Below, in pieces: positions 1 through 12,266 of a stretch of 64,000 bases of DNA. The DNA is from Carcharhinus longimanus (Eukaryota). The notes under the pieces are model-generated. The model saw only the letters and a list, made by a program, of their open reading frames with translations. It did not search any database and was not told the origin of the DNA. Position 1 is the first letter of the stretch. Each line of letters opens with the position of its first letter. The position numbers and the translations under genes were made by a program. The DNA is taken from contig JASCQW010000119.1 in NCBI GenBank assembly GCA_030264375.1, forward strand, positions 27,384,730 through 27,448,729, given 5' to 3'.

Positions 1-339
1 ATACTTAGCACCTGAGAGAAATCCCCACTTCTCTGTCCAAGACCCTGGACTTACCTGGCTCTGGGATCCATGGGCTGCCATGTTCCTGTTTATATTTCTG
101 GCAGCACCTATTAATGTTCTCTTGATACTGTTGGGGCTAACCAATCCAGTTGGTTGACAGCTCCTGAAGGCAAGACTTCCGCCCCAGAGAGGGGCAAAAG
201 TCCTTCACTGCTCCGATTTAGCCTGCCCATATGTATTATGAGGGTAGGATAGGCTGGCATGGAGTATGTCGACTCAACGCTGACTGCTTCTGGAGTATTA
301 AGCTGTCTGCCCTCCCCATAATTTTTCTGCTTAAGATTT

Positions 340-759
340 GTGAAGAATTAAACACCACGGAATCATGGGGGGTATCTTTGGGAGTCTTTTTTTTAATGCT
401 CTAAGGATGGAATGAAAAGAAATTTATCTAAAAGTATACTGGAAAATCCATCCTGGTGAAAGAGGGAGAATACATTCTTTGGATCTAGAAGGAGCTTTAG
501 ATGTTAAACTCAAGATCACACATCACATAGAGTGTAGTGTAATGTATAAACAGGGCATAAAGTTTCCAGTTGTTAAGAAGTTGCGAGGAAATACATTTTC
601 TGTGGTTTAGTATCTTGCTAAGTAATATTTAATTAATGTTGGTTTCAGTGTGTTTGTTCCAGTAAAAGACTTAAAACGTGAAATCTTAGTAGGTGACTTG
701 ATCACTGGGAGATCAATATCTCTTTTTAAAAGCTATTGTATTCTATAGGGATTGTAACA
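340..759 (+). mobile_element. Probable 3' part of a solo LTR
   Basis: Ends in gggattgtaaca (TAACA terminus) directly abutting a CR1 fragment; polyA-like AGTAAA near 661. 5' boundary unclear. Confidence 0.35.
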
Positions 760-1580
760 AGTCCCATGTGGTGATCTGCGCCTGCCAGTCATCAGCCTTA
801 TTTTCTGCACTTTCACATACATGCGCAGCAAACTTAATTTACACTTTATTTCATCACTTCTTACCCTGACCCCAATAATACCATTGGATTTCTTGCCCTC
901 ATGCTGTCTGTCTCCCTGTTCTCTGTACTTTCAAAAATACTTGTTCTTTCTTACTAACATTTCCTGGCCAAGTTCTGCCTCTGCTCAGTTATTTTAAACT
1001 TTTTCAAATAGCACAAATAAATCACCCCTCAAAGACATTGTTTTCCAGCTTTGTTCAGGCACAAACCATCTAGCATGTGGTGCTCATCTCCCCCAGAGTG
1101 GTCCCAATGTCCCAAGAAACTAAAGCCTTTCCTCCCTCACCATCTCTCCGGTCATATATTTACCTGCCTATCCTCCTATTCCTCTACTCACTAGCAAGTG
1201 TTACTGGGAATAAATCCCGCAATACCTTTGATATCAAATTTGTGAGTTTCTTTCCGAACACCTTAAACTCTGCCTATAAGACCTCATCTTTCTTTCTGTC
1301 CATGGTTTTGGTACCAATATGGATCACAACCACTGGCTGTTCACCCTCTGAGTGCTCAGTAGCCACTTGACAACATACCATCCTGAATTCATGTTTGTTC
1401 CCCCAGCCATCACATTCCCAATCAGTATTGATTCCCCAATCTTACTCCTGCTCCCCCCTTGCACTGAACCTCTACCCCCAAATCCCGTATGGCCGAGTCA
1501 GGCATGGTAGTGTGGATTTGGCTTTGGCTGCATACCCCAGAGTAACCATCATACTTACCCATAGAAAGAGTGTAATTGTG
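760..1580 (-). mobile_element. CR1-type LINE 5' fragment (ORF1 SGNH-esterase region to ORF2 start), degraded
   Basis: Minus strand reads EGEQPVVVIHIGT and DGLCLNKAG, typical of the CR1 ORF1 esterase. Confidence 0.6.
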
Positions 1581-1757
1581 TAAACCAGATATATCCTCCA
1601 CTCATTATACATCTCTCATTTTTCACTTCTATTGATTTTGCAGTGTAAGTTTTGAATCAGTTCACACAGATGTACCAAATGAAAGTTGAATGCTAAATTT
1701 CAATTCTACGTCTCCACTTGTTTATATTGGACTCATTTAGTTTTCTTTTTTTTGTAG

Positions 1758-1906
1758 CTTCCTAAATAACCACCTACATCACGGGTTTGGTTGGTGATCG
1801 TTGCCACTTGACAAAAGCTTTGTTTGTGGTCGGGAATGTAATTTGTATTGCAATGTCCATTCTATTTTAACCTTCGCTGCCTGGTTCATATGAAATTCAC
1901 AATTAG
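1758..1906 (+). pseudogene. Decayed exon resembling an MFS transporter (SLC18B1-like)
   Basis: Strong acceptor ttttcttttttttgtag; frame 1766-1867 gives ITTYITGLVGDRCHLTKALFVVGNVICIAMSILF flanked by in-frame TAA codons; G..GDR resembles MFS motif A. Confidence 0.35.
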
Positions 1907-1977
1907 GACTTTGTTTCTGTATTAGTTTCAAAGGTGCATCAGCCTGGGCTGATCAGTCTAGAAACCCTGTTGAGAAG

Positions 1978-2282
1978 GAAGCCATTCGGCCTGTTGAGTC
2001 ACCAACAACCAATCCCACCCAGGCCCTATCCTCAAAACCCCACATGTTTACCGTGTTAATCTCTCTGACATACACATCCCGGGATACTAAGGGGCAATTT
2101 AGCATGGCCAATCAGTCTTTGGACTGTGGGAGGAAACCAGAGTACCTGGTGGAAACCCATGCAGACATGGGGAGAATGTACAAACTCCACACAGATAGTG
2201 ACCCAAGCTAGGAATCGAACCTAAGTTCCTGGAGCTGTGAGGCAGCAGCACTAACCACTGTGCCACTGTGCCACTCTTGCCC
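1978..2282 (-). mobile_element. tRNA-derived V-SINE (HE1-like)
   Basis: Minus strand: gtggttagtgctgctgcctcacag..ggttcgattcc..tgtggagtttgtacattctcccc..ggtttcctcccacagtccaaaga. Confidence 0.85.
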
Positions 2283-2614
2283 AATTCCTAGAAACAAAAT
2301 GTAGCTTGGGGACAAACTAAACTTTCAAACCATGAAAGATGACAGTGGCATTTTGTTCTAACCAATGGAAAGAGTGAAGGCCCTATCCAAGGCCCTATCT
2401 GACACTTGATTTTCAGAGAAAACAAACTGACATGGTTTCAATTCCTGTAGCTCTATGGGACAGAGCAGTAGGAAACCATTTGTGGTACTCTGTATTTACA
2501 ACTTTNNNNNNNNNNTACTGCTACTCCTGGGCCAAGTGCATGATTTTCCCAATAAGCCAGATCCATTTTTCCAATAAACTAGTCAAACGAGAGCCATTTT
2601 GACACGTTCCATCA

Positions 2615-2953
2615 CAGAATCCCTACAGTACAGTCCCTTAGGCCCATTGAGTTTGCACCAACTCTCCACCAGAGTAATTCACCCAAGTCCTATTCCCATA
2701 ACTACACAAACCTACCCTGCTAATTCCCCTAACCTATACATCTTGGGACACTAAGGGACAAATTAGCATGACCAATCAACCTAACCTTAACATCTTTGGA
2801 CTGTGGAAGGAAACCAGAGCACCCAGAGGAGACCCTCAGAGACACGGGGAGAAGGTGCAAACTCCAAACAGGCAGTCACCCAAGGATGGAATTGAACCTG
2901 GGTCCCTGGCATTCTGAGAAGTAGTGCTAACCACTGTGCCACCGTGCTGCCCA
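2615..2953 (-). mobile_element. tRNA-derived V-SINE (HE1-like)
   Basis: A/B boxes, V-domain and gggattct tail on minus. Confidence 0.85.
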
Positions 2954-3579
2954 CAGAAGTTCCCGAAAGATGGAGATGAAGGGGGCTGCAAGGAGAAGGC
3001 TGAAAAAATGAGGGTGGATTTTCAAATTACTGCCTGGAGTAATGGTGGCATTATGGATTGACTGCCTATAACACTGATTCAATAGAATAAAAATTGGGCA
3101 GTTTCTAACATGGATGTCTTATGCACTATACTAGTTCTGACAGCAAGTTAAAAGTCTACTCATTGAGGCTAAATGTCACATAGATGTAAGTGTCTTGGCA
3201 GCAAAGTTAGGTGAAGCCAGGCTAAGGTTGCCAAGATGAAGGTAAGTACTGTGGGGTAAAGACTAGAAAGACTTAGCTCAGGGACCAACTCTAAGGTTAC
3301 TCATAGTTATGGAAGTCTAATCAAGGATCCAGGGATGGAAATGAAATCCATAATAAAGTATAGCTTTGGGTAGGAACTGAAATGTTCTGGCTCAAAATCT
3401 CCAAATTAACTTCTGTTCCAGGTGCTAAATTGGGGAAAAGTTTGGCTCATCCATGACTGAAGGTCAGGCAACCAACTTGACAGCACAGAGGTATGTATGA
3501 CAGTGAGGGAAATGATAACAATGGGTGTTGTCTCCATACACATAGAGGCTGGCCCAGTGTCAATAACTTAAAATAATTA

Positions 3580-5430
3580 TTCTTGGGACATGGGTGCTGT
3601 TGACAAATACAGTCCTCATTTGCCATTCCTGATTGCCCTTGATGAGGTGATGGTGAGTTGCCTTCTTAGAGTGGGAATTCCAAGGTTATGATCCAATGGG
3701 AAAAAAATTCTGGATGACGTGTGACTTGAAGGGAATTTGCAAGAGGTGGTATTCCCATGCAGCTGCTGCCCTTGTCCTTCTGGATGGTAGAGATCACAAA
3801 TTTCAGAGGTGTTTGTAAGAAGTCTTGGCAATTTGCTGCAGTCTGCCTTGTAGACAGTAAATACTGTAGCTAAGATGGTAGTTGACTGCCAAACAAGCAA
3901 AATGGTTTTTGTGTTGGACGGCGTCAATCTTTTAGAGTGTTGCTGATGTTGCATTCATCCAGCCAAGTGGAGAGTATTTCAAGACTTTGGTCTTTTAGTT
4001 GGTGGTCAGGCTATTTAGAATTCCTGGTCTCTGACTTGTTCTTGTCACAACAGTATTTATATACTTGTCAAGTTAGGTCAATGTTGACATTCAGGGTGTT
4101 GATGGTATTTAGGAATGGTAGTACTCATTGAATGTCAAAGAGAGCTGGTCACACTTTCCTGTTGGGGATGGTTTTGCACAAATATTGCTTTCCAATTATC
4201 AGCCCAAACCTGAACGTTGTCTGGATCTTGCTGCGTGGAAGTATGGACAGCCCTGTTATGAATTATAGATGGTATTCGACACTGTGCAGATATCAGAAAG
4301 CTTCTCTACTTCAGTATGATGGCAAGAGGGTATATAATTAACGAAGGTTACATCAACGTTCAAAGAATGGCAGCAATGTTAGCCTGACGTGGAATGACTC
4401 ACTCTCATGTTGAAATGCATTGTTGAAAATAAGTAGCAATTATCTGGGATTTAAATGACTGACCTCAAACAATCACAATCATCTTCCTTTGTGCTTGGTA
4501 TGACTCCAATCAGTGGAAAGCTTTTCTCCCCTTATCATTACCTCAGTTTTACTCAGGCTCCTTGATTGCCATACTCAGTCAAATGCTACCTTAATGTTAA
4601 GGGCAGTAATTCTCACTCCACCTCTTGGATTCAGCTCTTTTGTCTATGCTTGGACCAATGTTGTACCAAGGTCAGGAGCTGAGTGATCGTGGCAGTGGCA
4701 CAGTGGCATTGTCACTGGATTAATAATCCAGAGGTAATCATCTGGGTCTATGAACATTTATGTTCAAATCCCACCAGGCCAGATGGCGAAATTTGAATTC
4801 AGTAAAAATCTGGATTTAAAAGTCGAATGATGAAACCATTGCCTATTGTTCTAAAAACCAACCTGATACACTAATGCCCTTTAGGGAAGGAAATATGCCA
4901 TTCTTGGTCTGGGCTACATTTGACTCAGATCTACAGCAATGTGGTTGACTCTTAAATACCTGAAACAGCCAAAGAAGCCACTCAAGGGCAATTGGCGATG
5001 AGCAACAAATTCTGGTCCAGCCAACGATGAAGCCATTCCATGACTGAATCATGAGAAAAAACTAAGCATCAGTGAGCATCCATCATTTTGCTGATGATTG
5101 TGAGTAGACTGATGGGGCAGTAAATGGGTGGGTTGGAATTGTGCTGTGTATTTTGGCAATTTTCCATGTTAGCAGTGCTGCAGTGAAGTAGCTTGGTTCA
5201 GGGACATGGTTATCTCTGGAGCACACATCTTGTTGCTGAAAATGTTATTAAGATCTTTGTGTGTCCTGTGCCTTCAGCAATTTTTTGACATCGTATGGAC
5301 TAAATCAAATTTATTGAAGACTGGCATCTATGCTGCTGGGGACATCAGGGAGAGTCCAAAATAGATCATCTGCTCAACCCTTCTGGCTGAGGAAGGTTGC
5401 AAATGCTTCAGTTTTGACTTTTGTATTAAT
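3580..5430 (-). mobile_element. Degraded CR1/L2-group LINE 3' region, interrupted by a SINE
   Basis: Same family as 39560-40500(+) and 48553-49390(-); tail aagggcaa.caggaatggcaa. Confidence 0.65.
4694..5046 (+). mobile_element. tRNA-derived SINE of a second family (SacSINE1/Deu-like), nested in a LINE
   Basis: gtggcacagtgg..gttcaaatccc head, gaaatttgaattca..aaaatctgga core, aagggcaatt..caacaaa tail; homologous to 16635-16990(-) and 55468-55665(+). Confidence 0.7.
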
Positions 5431-7057
5431 ATGCAATAAAAGGTGGTGACAACACTGAATATTAACTGGGCCAATATCTCACAGTCAAATGGCAATTAAA
5501 TGGAAACCCAGTGGAAAATAAATCTATCATTTAAACACAAAGACGTTCGAATCATATGATGAAACTCTCTGCAGTGGTGTTATTGTTCCCTCATTTGTAC
5601 CACTTTCAGTATTCAGCCAAAATATCATACATACTCAAGTGCACAAATTGACCCCATGATTTTGAGACCAAAAATCATTGTTTCTCATTTATCTCATGTA
5701 AAGCTGAATCTACTTTTTCAGGGATCAAAGCCCAAAAGATCAGAAACAAAGTATAATCTTTACAATCACATTAAAAACCTCAATTTATTATTTATTAAAA
5801 CAGTTACACATACCATAATTCCTGCAGTTCATACTTGTCATTTAAGAAATGAATAATGTAACTTTCTTGATTTTTGCAGGGAAGAAACTAACAAATTGGA
5901 GAAGAGTAATAAGCAGCGTACGTGAAAACAGGATGTAGGGACCAACTTCCAGAGCAACCTTGAAATAAATCAACGCCCGTGGCTAGTGCCCTCAATCATG
6001 GCCCTCAGCCTTCCTGGGGAGAGGAGGGAAGGCTCAGGAAATGCCAACTGGATACTCACGCATGCTAACAATGCAAGAAGGCAGCTCACCTTCTCAAGGG
6101 CAATTAGGGTTGGGCAATAAATGCTGGCCTAGCTAGCAATACCTACATGCCATGAATGACTTAAAAAAAAATCCCCCTGCAGTAGGGCTTGGATTGCAGG
6201 CTGGAAATCATGAGCATGATATTCTCCAATGCCGCTGTCCTTCCCTTTCCCCGACTCCAGAGAAACATTGAAACCACAGGTCTAGCCAATGCTTCCTCTT
6301 TTAGAGCATGGGGGCTTGAAGAAGGGTCCTTAATAAAAACACAAGAGGCAGAGATGTTAATAGGACCTAGGCCGATTTGTGAAGTCAAAATGAAGTCACA
6401 GATTTTGGCTGGAATTTTCCAACCGTTCACACCAGTAGGATTTTCCCATCCCGCTGCAGTGAATGGAGATTTGGCTTGTTGCCAAATTTTTCGTCTTCGC
6501 TGCAGCGGGAATATGGTGTTAATGGACGGTACAATTGCACCCCTTTTCTTTATAGAGACAGTTTATTGACTAGTTCAGTCTCACAACTCTCCTCCTATTA
6601 CACCCAGTGTCCCAGCCATCTCCTATTTATATGTACTCAAAGACAACTAATAACCATCAACTGTTTCTCTTAATCTTAACAAGATAATNNNNNNNNNNNN
6701 NNNNNNNNNNNNNNNNNNNNNNNNNNNNNNNNNNNNNNNNNNNNNNNNNNNNNNNNNNNNNNNNNNNNNNNNNNNNNNNNNNNNNNNNCTGTTTCTCTTA
6801 ATCTTAACAAGATAATTGGAATGGCATTAGCAGAGAGAGATAATAAACAGCAGCTAAACTTTCTCCATGACCTTGCAAATTATTTTGCGAGGTATGTTTG
6901 GTGCGCTCAGTGGACGTGTTTCAGTTCAAAGTCCCTTGAAAACATTTTAACTGTCAATCCCTTACCTTTTTGCCTCAAGGATGGGGCTCAAACATTTGTC
7001 ATTTACACAAGTATATACAGAATGCAACAAAATCAACACATTCAGCATTTTCTTAGT

Positions 7058-7076
7058 TTATTTAGAGAGCTTTATT
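7058..7076 (-). terminator. Probable ZNFX1 polyadenylation signals (two AATAAA), implying a ~2.7 kb 3'UTR
   Basis: TTTATT on + at 7058-7063 and 7071-7076, followed on the minus strand by a GU/U-rich element (tgtgttgattttgttg). Confidence 0.55.
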
Positions 7077-8037
7077 AAATACATTTTAACTATTAATTGA
7101 TTACATTTTATTTTGTATTAAGAACATATAATCTATTAAAATGCACTGAATGTATGAGACAAACAGCACTCTGTAATTCGTGGATTAATGTACCAAAACA
7201 TACAGATTTTGGATTTCTAACAAAATCATCTGTGGCAAAACTAAAACTGCCAAATTTCATTAACTGAATCTATTAAAACAATAACATTGTAAATCATTTA
7301 CAAAACCACAATATAAGTGCAGGAACAAATCCCTCTTTAATTCTGGAAACAAGAACAACATTGACAAAAGGTAACAGTTTTCCTATATTTTTGCCAGTCT
7401 AATATTTAACTTGCACCATTTATTATTACAACCCAGTTACTGTCCAAGTGGATTACTCAGCCTGATAGTAGCTGTTTTAGAAAGGAAATCCATTCTCTGG
7501 GTGAGTCCAAATTGTGATACTAAAATCCCTGGCCACCTAGTCCAAGGCAGTTCAAAGATTTCAGTTCAATTTGTACTCATTGTTGTTATTCACTGGTTGT
7601 CCTGTCTGCATTCTATGCATCGGAAGATTTAAATAGGTCCGTTCTTGCCATAATCACTTTATCTGGTGGATAGATCTTAAGTAATAACTTTAAAACCCAT
7701 AAATATTTGCTGCCTATGATATTCTCAATTCAACAGGGCTATTTATTTTACACTTGATTGGCTTGAAAATATTTCTCTTGGGTCAAGTGTCAGGATGCAT
7801 CCCTTGGGAATCTCAATTCAATGAGGCCTTGGATCAGAATAAGGTGCCTTGATTTACATGGTGCACCCTATGCCAAAATGTGCCACAAAGGATCTTCTTT
7901 GGACATGAAGTGTGTGGGAGCAAAAAGCATTGCTTGTCAGCTGCTTATAAGGCCACATAAAATATTGACAATTAGTCTGTAAAATGTACTAATAAATGTC
8001 CTGTAATGCATGTCTTATTTCGCAGGTCCGGATGTGA

Positions 8038-8066
8038 GACACACACACACACACACACACACACAC
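8038..8066 (+). repeat. (CA)n microsatellite in the 3'UTR
   Basis: Direct observation. Confidence 0.95.
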
Positions 8067-8182
8067 TCCTGGTGAGGCTAGTTGTCTACTTCTAAGCATT
8101 AGCAGCTATCTGATGACCAAGGCCAGAGTGGACGAAATGCCACACATTATAATCTCCTCCTTCTGTGCCTGGCATTTTAACA

Positions 8183-8267
8183 CGCGTCTCACAACATCAG
8201 GTTAAAGTCCAACAGGTTTATTTGGTAGCACAAGCCACTAGCTTGTCCAACGCCGGCATCTCCAAAT
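8183..8267. mobile_element. 85-bp collapsed copy of the Penelope-like family in the ZNFX1 3'UTR
   Basis: Same arm sequence; 10-bp TSD cattttaaca (8173-8182 / 8268-8277). Confidence 0.65.
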
Positions 8268-9735
8268 CATTTTAACAATGAGGCCATGCTTGGGATAGTT
8301 GGATGTTCTGCTCCAAAAAAGGTTGACAGAAGCTTGAAGTGAAGTCTGGGACTGATGTGTTAATATCCCAGGCTATTTTCTGGGCCAGCAGTCACACACC
8401 CATCAATTTAGATCAAGAATGTGCCTGAAAGGCCTGCGAAAATTCAAGGTCTCCCTGTAACCTGTGAGAATATACACCTAAATGTCCCACAAGACCACAT
8501 GGTTTGGATACCCCAGCTCTAGTTTTTAACGATGTAAATTCATAAAAAAGATCCTTTCCCAGAGGCATCACTTGCTGAAAGAAAACTAGGCCCTGTCAAT
8601 TTGTGCTCCTGACCATCACACCTTCACCTGCCAGGAACCTCCACTGTTAAAAATGAAAAAACTTGCTGAGGCCAGGAGACATTCCCTGATATACATCAGG
8701 GTAGCTACTCATGCATGTCAATGTTATAGCTGAAATATCCATCCAGTGGAAAAGCCAAAAGCATCTGGATGAAGCTTGCCTGTAAAAATGCCACTTCAAG
8801 GAAAAGAAAATGGGCTTTTGACTTTAAGAGACTAGTCTATGACCTTCGCCAGCCTACTTCACTGCTCCTCCTAACCTGACCAGGTTTACCTCAGCCAACC
8901 AAGGCAGTGGGTCTGACTGAGAGACTGCGCCAAGCCTATTCTTTACCAGGAGGGTCCCTCACGTCCCCTCTCTACCATAGCCCAAACCCGCTAAGGGTGA
9001 TAGGTATGCTTGGGTAGAAAGGCCCCAATGTGTTCAGCAGATGTTGCTGACACACTGAAGGTATGGTGGGAGAATATCTGAATGGCTGCAGAGTTTTCAT
9101 GGCTTTAATTGATAGCTGAATTCTTACCAACAATGGGAAGACCATTAGAAAGACAGTGGCATTAATTTGTGCGAGGGGTGGTAAGGAGTAAAATCAAAAT
9201 TAAGTTTCTCTTAACTCAAGAGAAGATGCTTCTGGCTCTTTTGCAGTAAACTACTGACAATTATTTTGCAAACGAAAACAAAAGGCCCATTTTATAGGCA
9301 AGTAAATGTGTTGAAGAATTGTATGAATGCCCAACTAATAATGGAGGTCCACCCATTCCCTAATTTTGGGGTTTGCAAATGCATGATTAGCTGCAAACAT
9401 GCCAATCTGAATTAGGGTTAAAACATTTTTAATACATGAATGATCATCTACTATTCTATAAAAATTGTTTTAAGATGCATTATATATGAAAACTAAGCCA
9501 GAAGGTACAGTGCTACAATTCAGNNNNNNNNNNNNNNNNNNCATGAGCTTAGGATAAAATGAAGGATGCAGCCCCTCAGAAATTAAGCCTGATGTCCAAA
9601 TGTTGCAACATGATCTTCAGTGTTCAGCTAAAGCTACCAAAATGTTAATGTAAACAGTACAAGATTTCTCCTCACCAATGATTCAATGCATAGGAGTCAA
9701 TGAGCATAGTCAGCCCATCAACCTTATAAAAATCT

Positions 9736-12266
9736 TCAAAGTTCTCCAAAATTTAACATATTGTTTGCAACATCTGACCAGGCAGGATATTGAGCTCCAT
9801 CCATTTCTGAAGCCACTTGATTGCTACTCTCTAAAGCATGGTTCAGACCACCAATGGCTGCATCACAATCTGGACATTTTGCTCTTTGCATTGCACCTCC
9901 GCACTCTGTGATAACGTAGACATGTCCATTTGGGCACTTATACCAGTGACCTTGGCGAAGGCCCATTGCCTTCACTATCAACACTTTCTCTGCCTCGGAT
10001 ATAGCAAGACCAGTTTCAGGTAGAACCGACTTCAGTGTTTTCATTTTCTCTTTAACAAACCTCTCGTCATCTTCAGTGAACTTTTTTGTGCACTCGAGGA
10101 TCTTCTGCACACACGCGATATCGTGTTCCGTTGAAAAATCTAGCTTTCTGCCTGATGCCATGTTGCGCCGGACATAAAGATCAGAAAGAAATGTTAGCCT
10201 CTGAATTTCACTTTGAAGATCAATAAGCTCCTGCCCTGTGAACCTCCCTCGAGATTTATCTATCCACTTCAAACACTCAAGCAACTTAGTATTGAGCTTG
10301 GCTTTCAGGGGAAAATTTAATCTAATTTCCTGACGTTTAAGTTCGGCAAGTCTGGAGAGAAATGCAATTTTATTCTCAATAACAGTCAGACCCTGTAATG
10401 ACAGGGGAGATGACTGTAGCGCAGAAGACAGGTTTTTATCCTGCTCTGGGAATTGTTCAGCTATAATGGAGTGCTTCTTCAGTTCAGACTCCAGCTGTTT
10501 CCTAAGTTGGTTATTTTTCTCTGCATCTCCTTGGACAATCTTCTTGACTTTTTCAATTTCACAGAGACTGTTTTTTATTATGGTCCCATAGCGCAAATTC
10601 TTCCTGATAGGCATTCGGCACTTTGGACAATCCTTCAGCTTTATGACTGTGTTATTGTCTTCTGCCTCCTGATTCATGTACTGGTCAAAACTAGTCACCT
10701 CAAAAATATGGCAGCAGTCTTCCAGCTGAACAAATCTGGCATCGGGCTCATCTTCATTCCCGAAGAAGATTTCAGTGAGTTCAGCAGCATTGCATACACG
10801 ACACAGTTTAGGACNNNNNNNNNNNNNNNNNNNNNNNNNNNNNNNNNNNNNNNNNNNNNNNNNNNNNNNNNNNNNNNNNNNNNNNNNNNNNNNNNNNNNN
10901 NNNNNNNNNNNNNNGGCTCGCCACAAAGGCCAACACAAGGGTGCTGACATTTCAGGAGTTTCCTGCATGGCTTATTGCAAGGAGGCCTGTCGCAGGGCTC
11001 TGAGCAGAGCTTATGGCACCTATAGTGCCGACAGACCCATTCACAAGGCTCCACACAAGGCGTGCACAGCTCCCCGCACTTCCTGCCACATTTACTGTGC
11101 TTGCATAAGTTTTCGCAACGCCGCTGGCATGGTGGGCATTGGTTTGTGCAGGGTTCCAGGCACTCGTGTGAACAGATTAGCAACCGCCTGCAAGGCTGTT
11201 TGCAACTCTCATGAAAGCGGCCTTCGTGGCAACGATGGCAAGATCCAGGACAGCTGTGGCCGCAGTCCAGGTGCATTGTGCATTTTTCTTTGCAAGGAAC
11301 ACATCGTCCAATCTTTGCAGCCTCTTTTATGTAACACTCCACTTCCTGGACGTGATCACATTTGAGGGTTATTGATACTTCTATGGTGCAGATTGCACAG
11401 TCTTCTCCACAAGCTGCAGAACATTTATGGCCGCAGTGCAGGATTTTTGAACACGGTTCCTTACAGACAAAATCTTCTGGCTTCTTAGAGCAAGGCACTT
11501 TCTGCAAGTGCCCGCACTGAGGAATCACTTTATCCACCTTGACTTGGCATTTGCCACATTTCTCGTAGCAGGACTTTGCACACCTATGTCCATCATTACA
11601 AAGTACTTTCTGACAGGGTTTCAAGCAATTAAATTGCTTGTGCTCCATATCGTATGGATGGCATGCTCTGGTACAAACATGGCCACAGTCTAGCCTGTAC
11701 TCACAAGGCAGGCTGCAACCTCCCTCGGGCACTTTGCTGAAATCTTCTGCTTTGGACACCAGGGTCATTGTTTTTGGGTGATTCTGACAGGTCAACAGCA
11801 GTGAGTGACCAATGTTGGCTTTTTCACGCAGCGTATGCATGATCTTGCTCCACAGAGGAACATTTGCTAGAATACTCATGTTTCCAATGCAGTAAAGACC
11901 TTTCTTGGCTCGAGAGAGCGCCACACAGACTCTGTTTGCTATTTGCAAGAATCCCACATTGCCTTTCTTATTGCTCCTCACTAGCGAAAGCAGAATAATA
12001 TCATTCTCCTCTCCCTGGTATTTGTCAACCACGTGCACCTTCACGCCAGCAAATTTCTTGGACGGCATCATCTTGCGCAACGTGAAGAGCTGGCCTGTAT
12101 AGGTGGTGAGGATGGTAATCTGAGAAGGCTGGTAATCCTGACAGATGAGATAGTAACAAAGTGCTACAACAAAGGCGGCTTCATGCAAGTTCTGATGGCT
12201 CTTCCCATCCTGGATTTCCTCTTCGGGGTAATCGTGTTCTACAAAGAACAGGTTTGAAGAGATGCC
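9736..12266 (-). CDS. ZNFX1: ZNFX1 last coding exon: helicase motifs V/VI, NF-X1 zinc-finger array, RING-like Cys/His segment, RZ finger, TGA stop
   Basis: ccacag|GGC at 12266; ORFs 10695..12341 and 9736..10968 joined across N-gap 10815-10914 (GLCGEP-CPKLC). Confidence 0.96.

Noticed and set aside
860-935. Hydrophobic plus-strand frame PNNTIGFLALMLSVSLFSVLS as another transporter exon
   Set aside because: It lies antisense within the CR1 ORF1/ORF2 fragment, where purine-rich LINE sequence yields hydrophobic antisense frames.
5700-5925. Plus-strand acceptor-like sites (tttttcag at about 5721, tttttgcag at about 5879) with short K/E-rich frames
   Set aside because: No recognisable protein and weak donors; cannot be supported without transcript data.
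6661-6816. Direct repeat ctgtttctcttaatcttaacaagataat around a gap (likewise 54058-54107 vs 54208-54257)
   Set aside because: Identical flanks either side of a 100-N placeholder indicate contig-end overlap, not biology.
1-7000. DDX27 terminal exons (3' neighbour of ZNFX1 in human)
   Set aside because: No recognisable DDX27 peptide; the region is mostly repeats.
10453-12257. Plus-strand ORFs of 60-196 aa overlapping the last ZNFX1 exon (also 46256-47456)
   Set aside because: Antisense shadows of the real coding exons, some extended through N-gaps.
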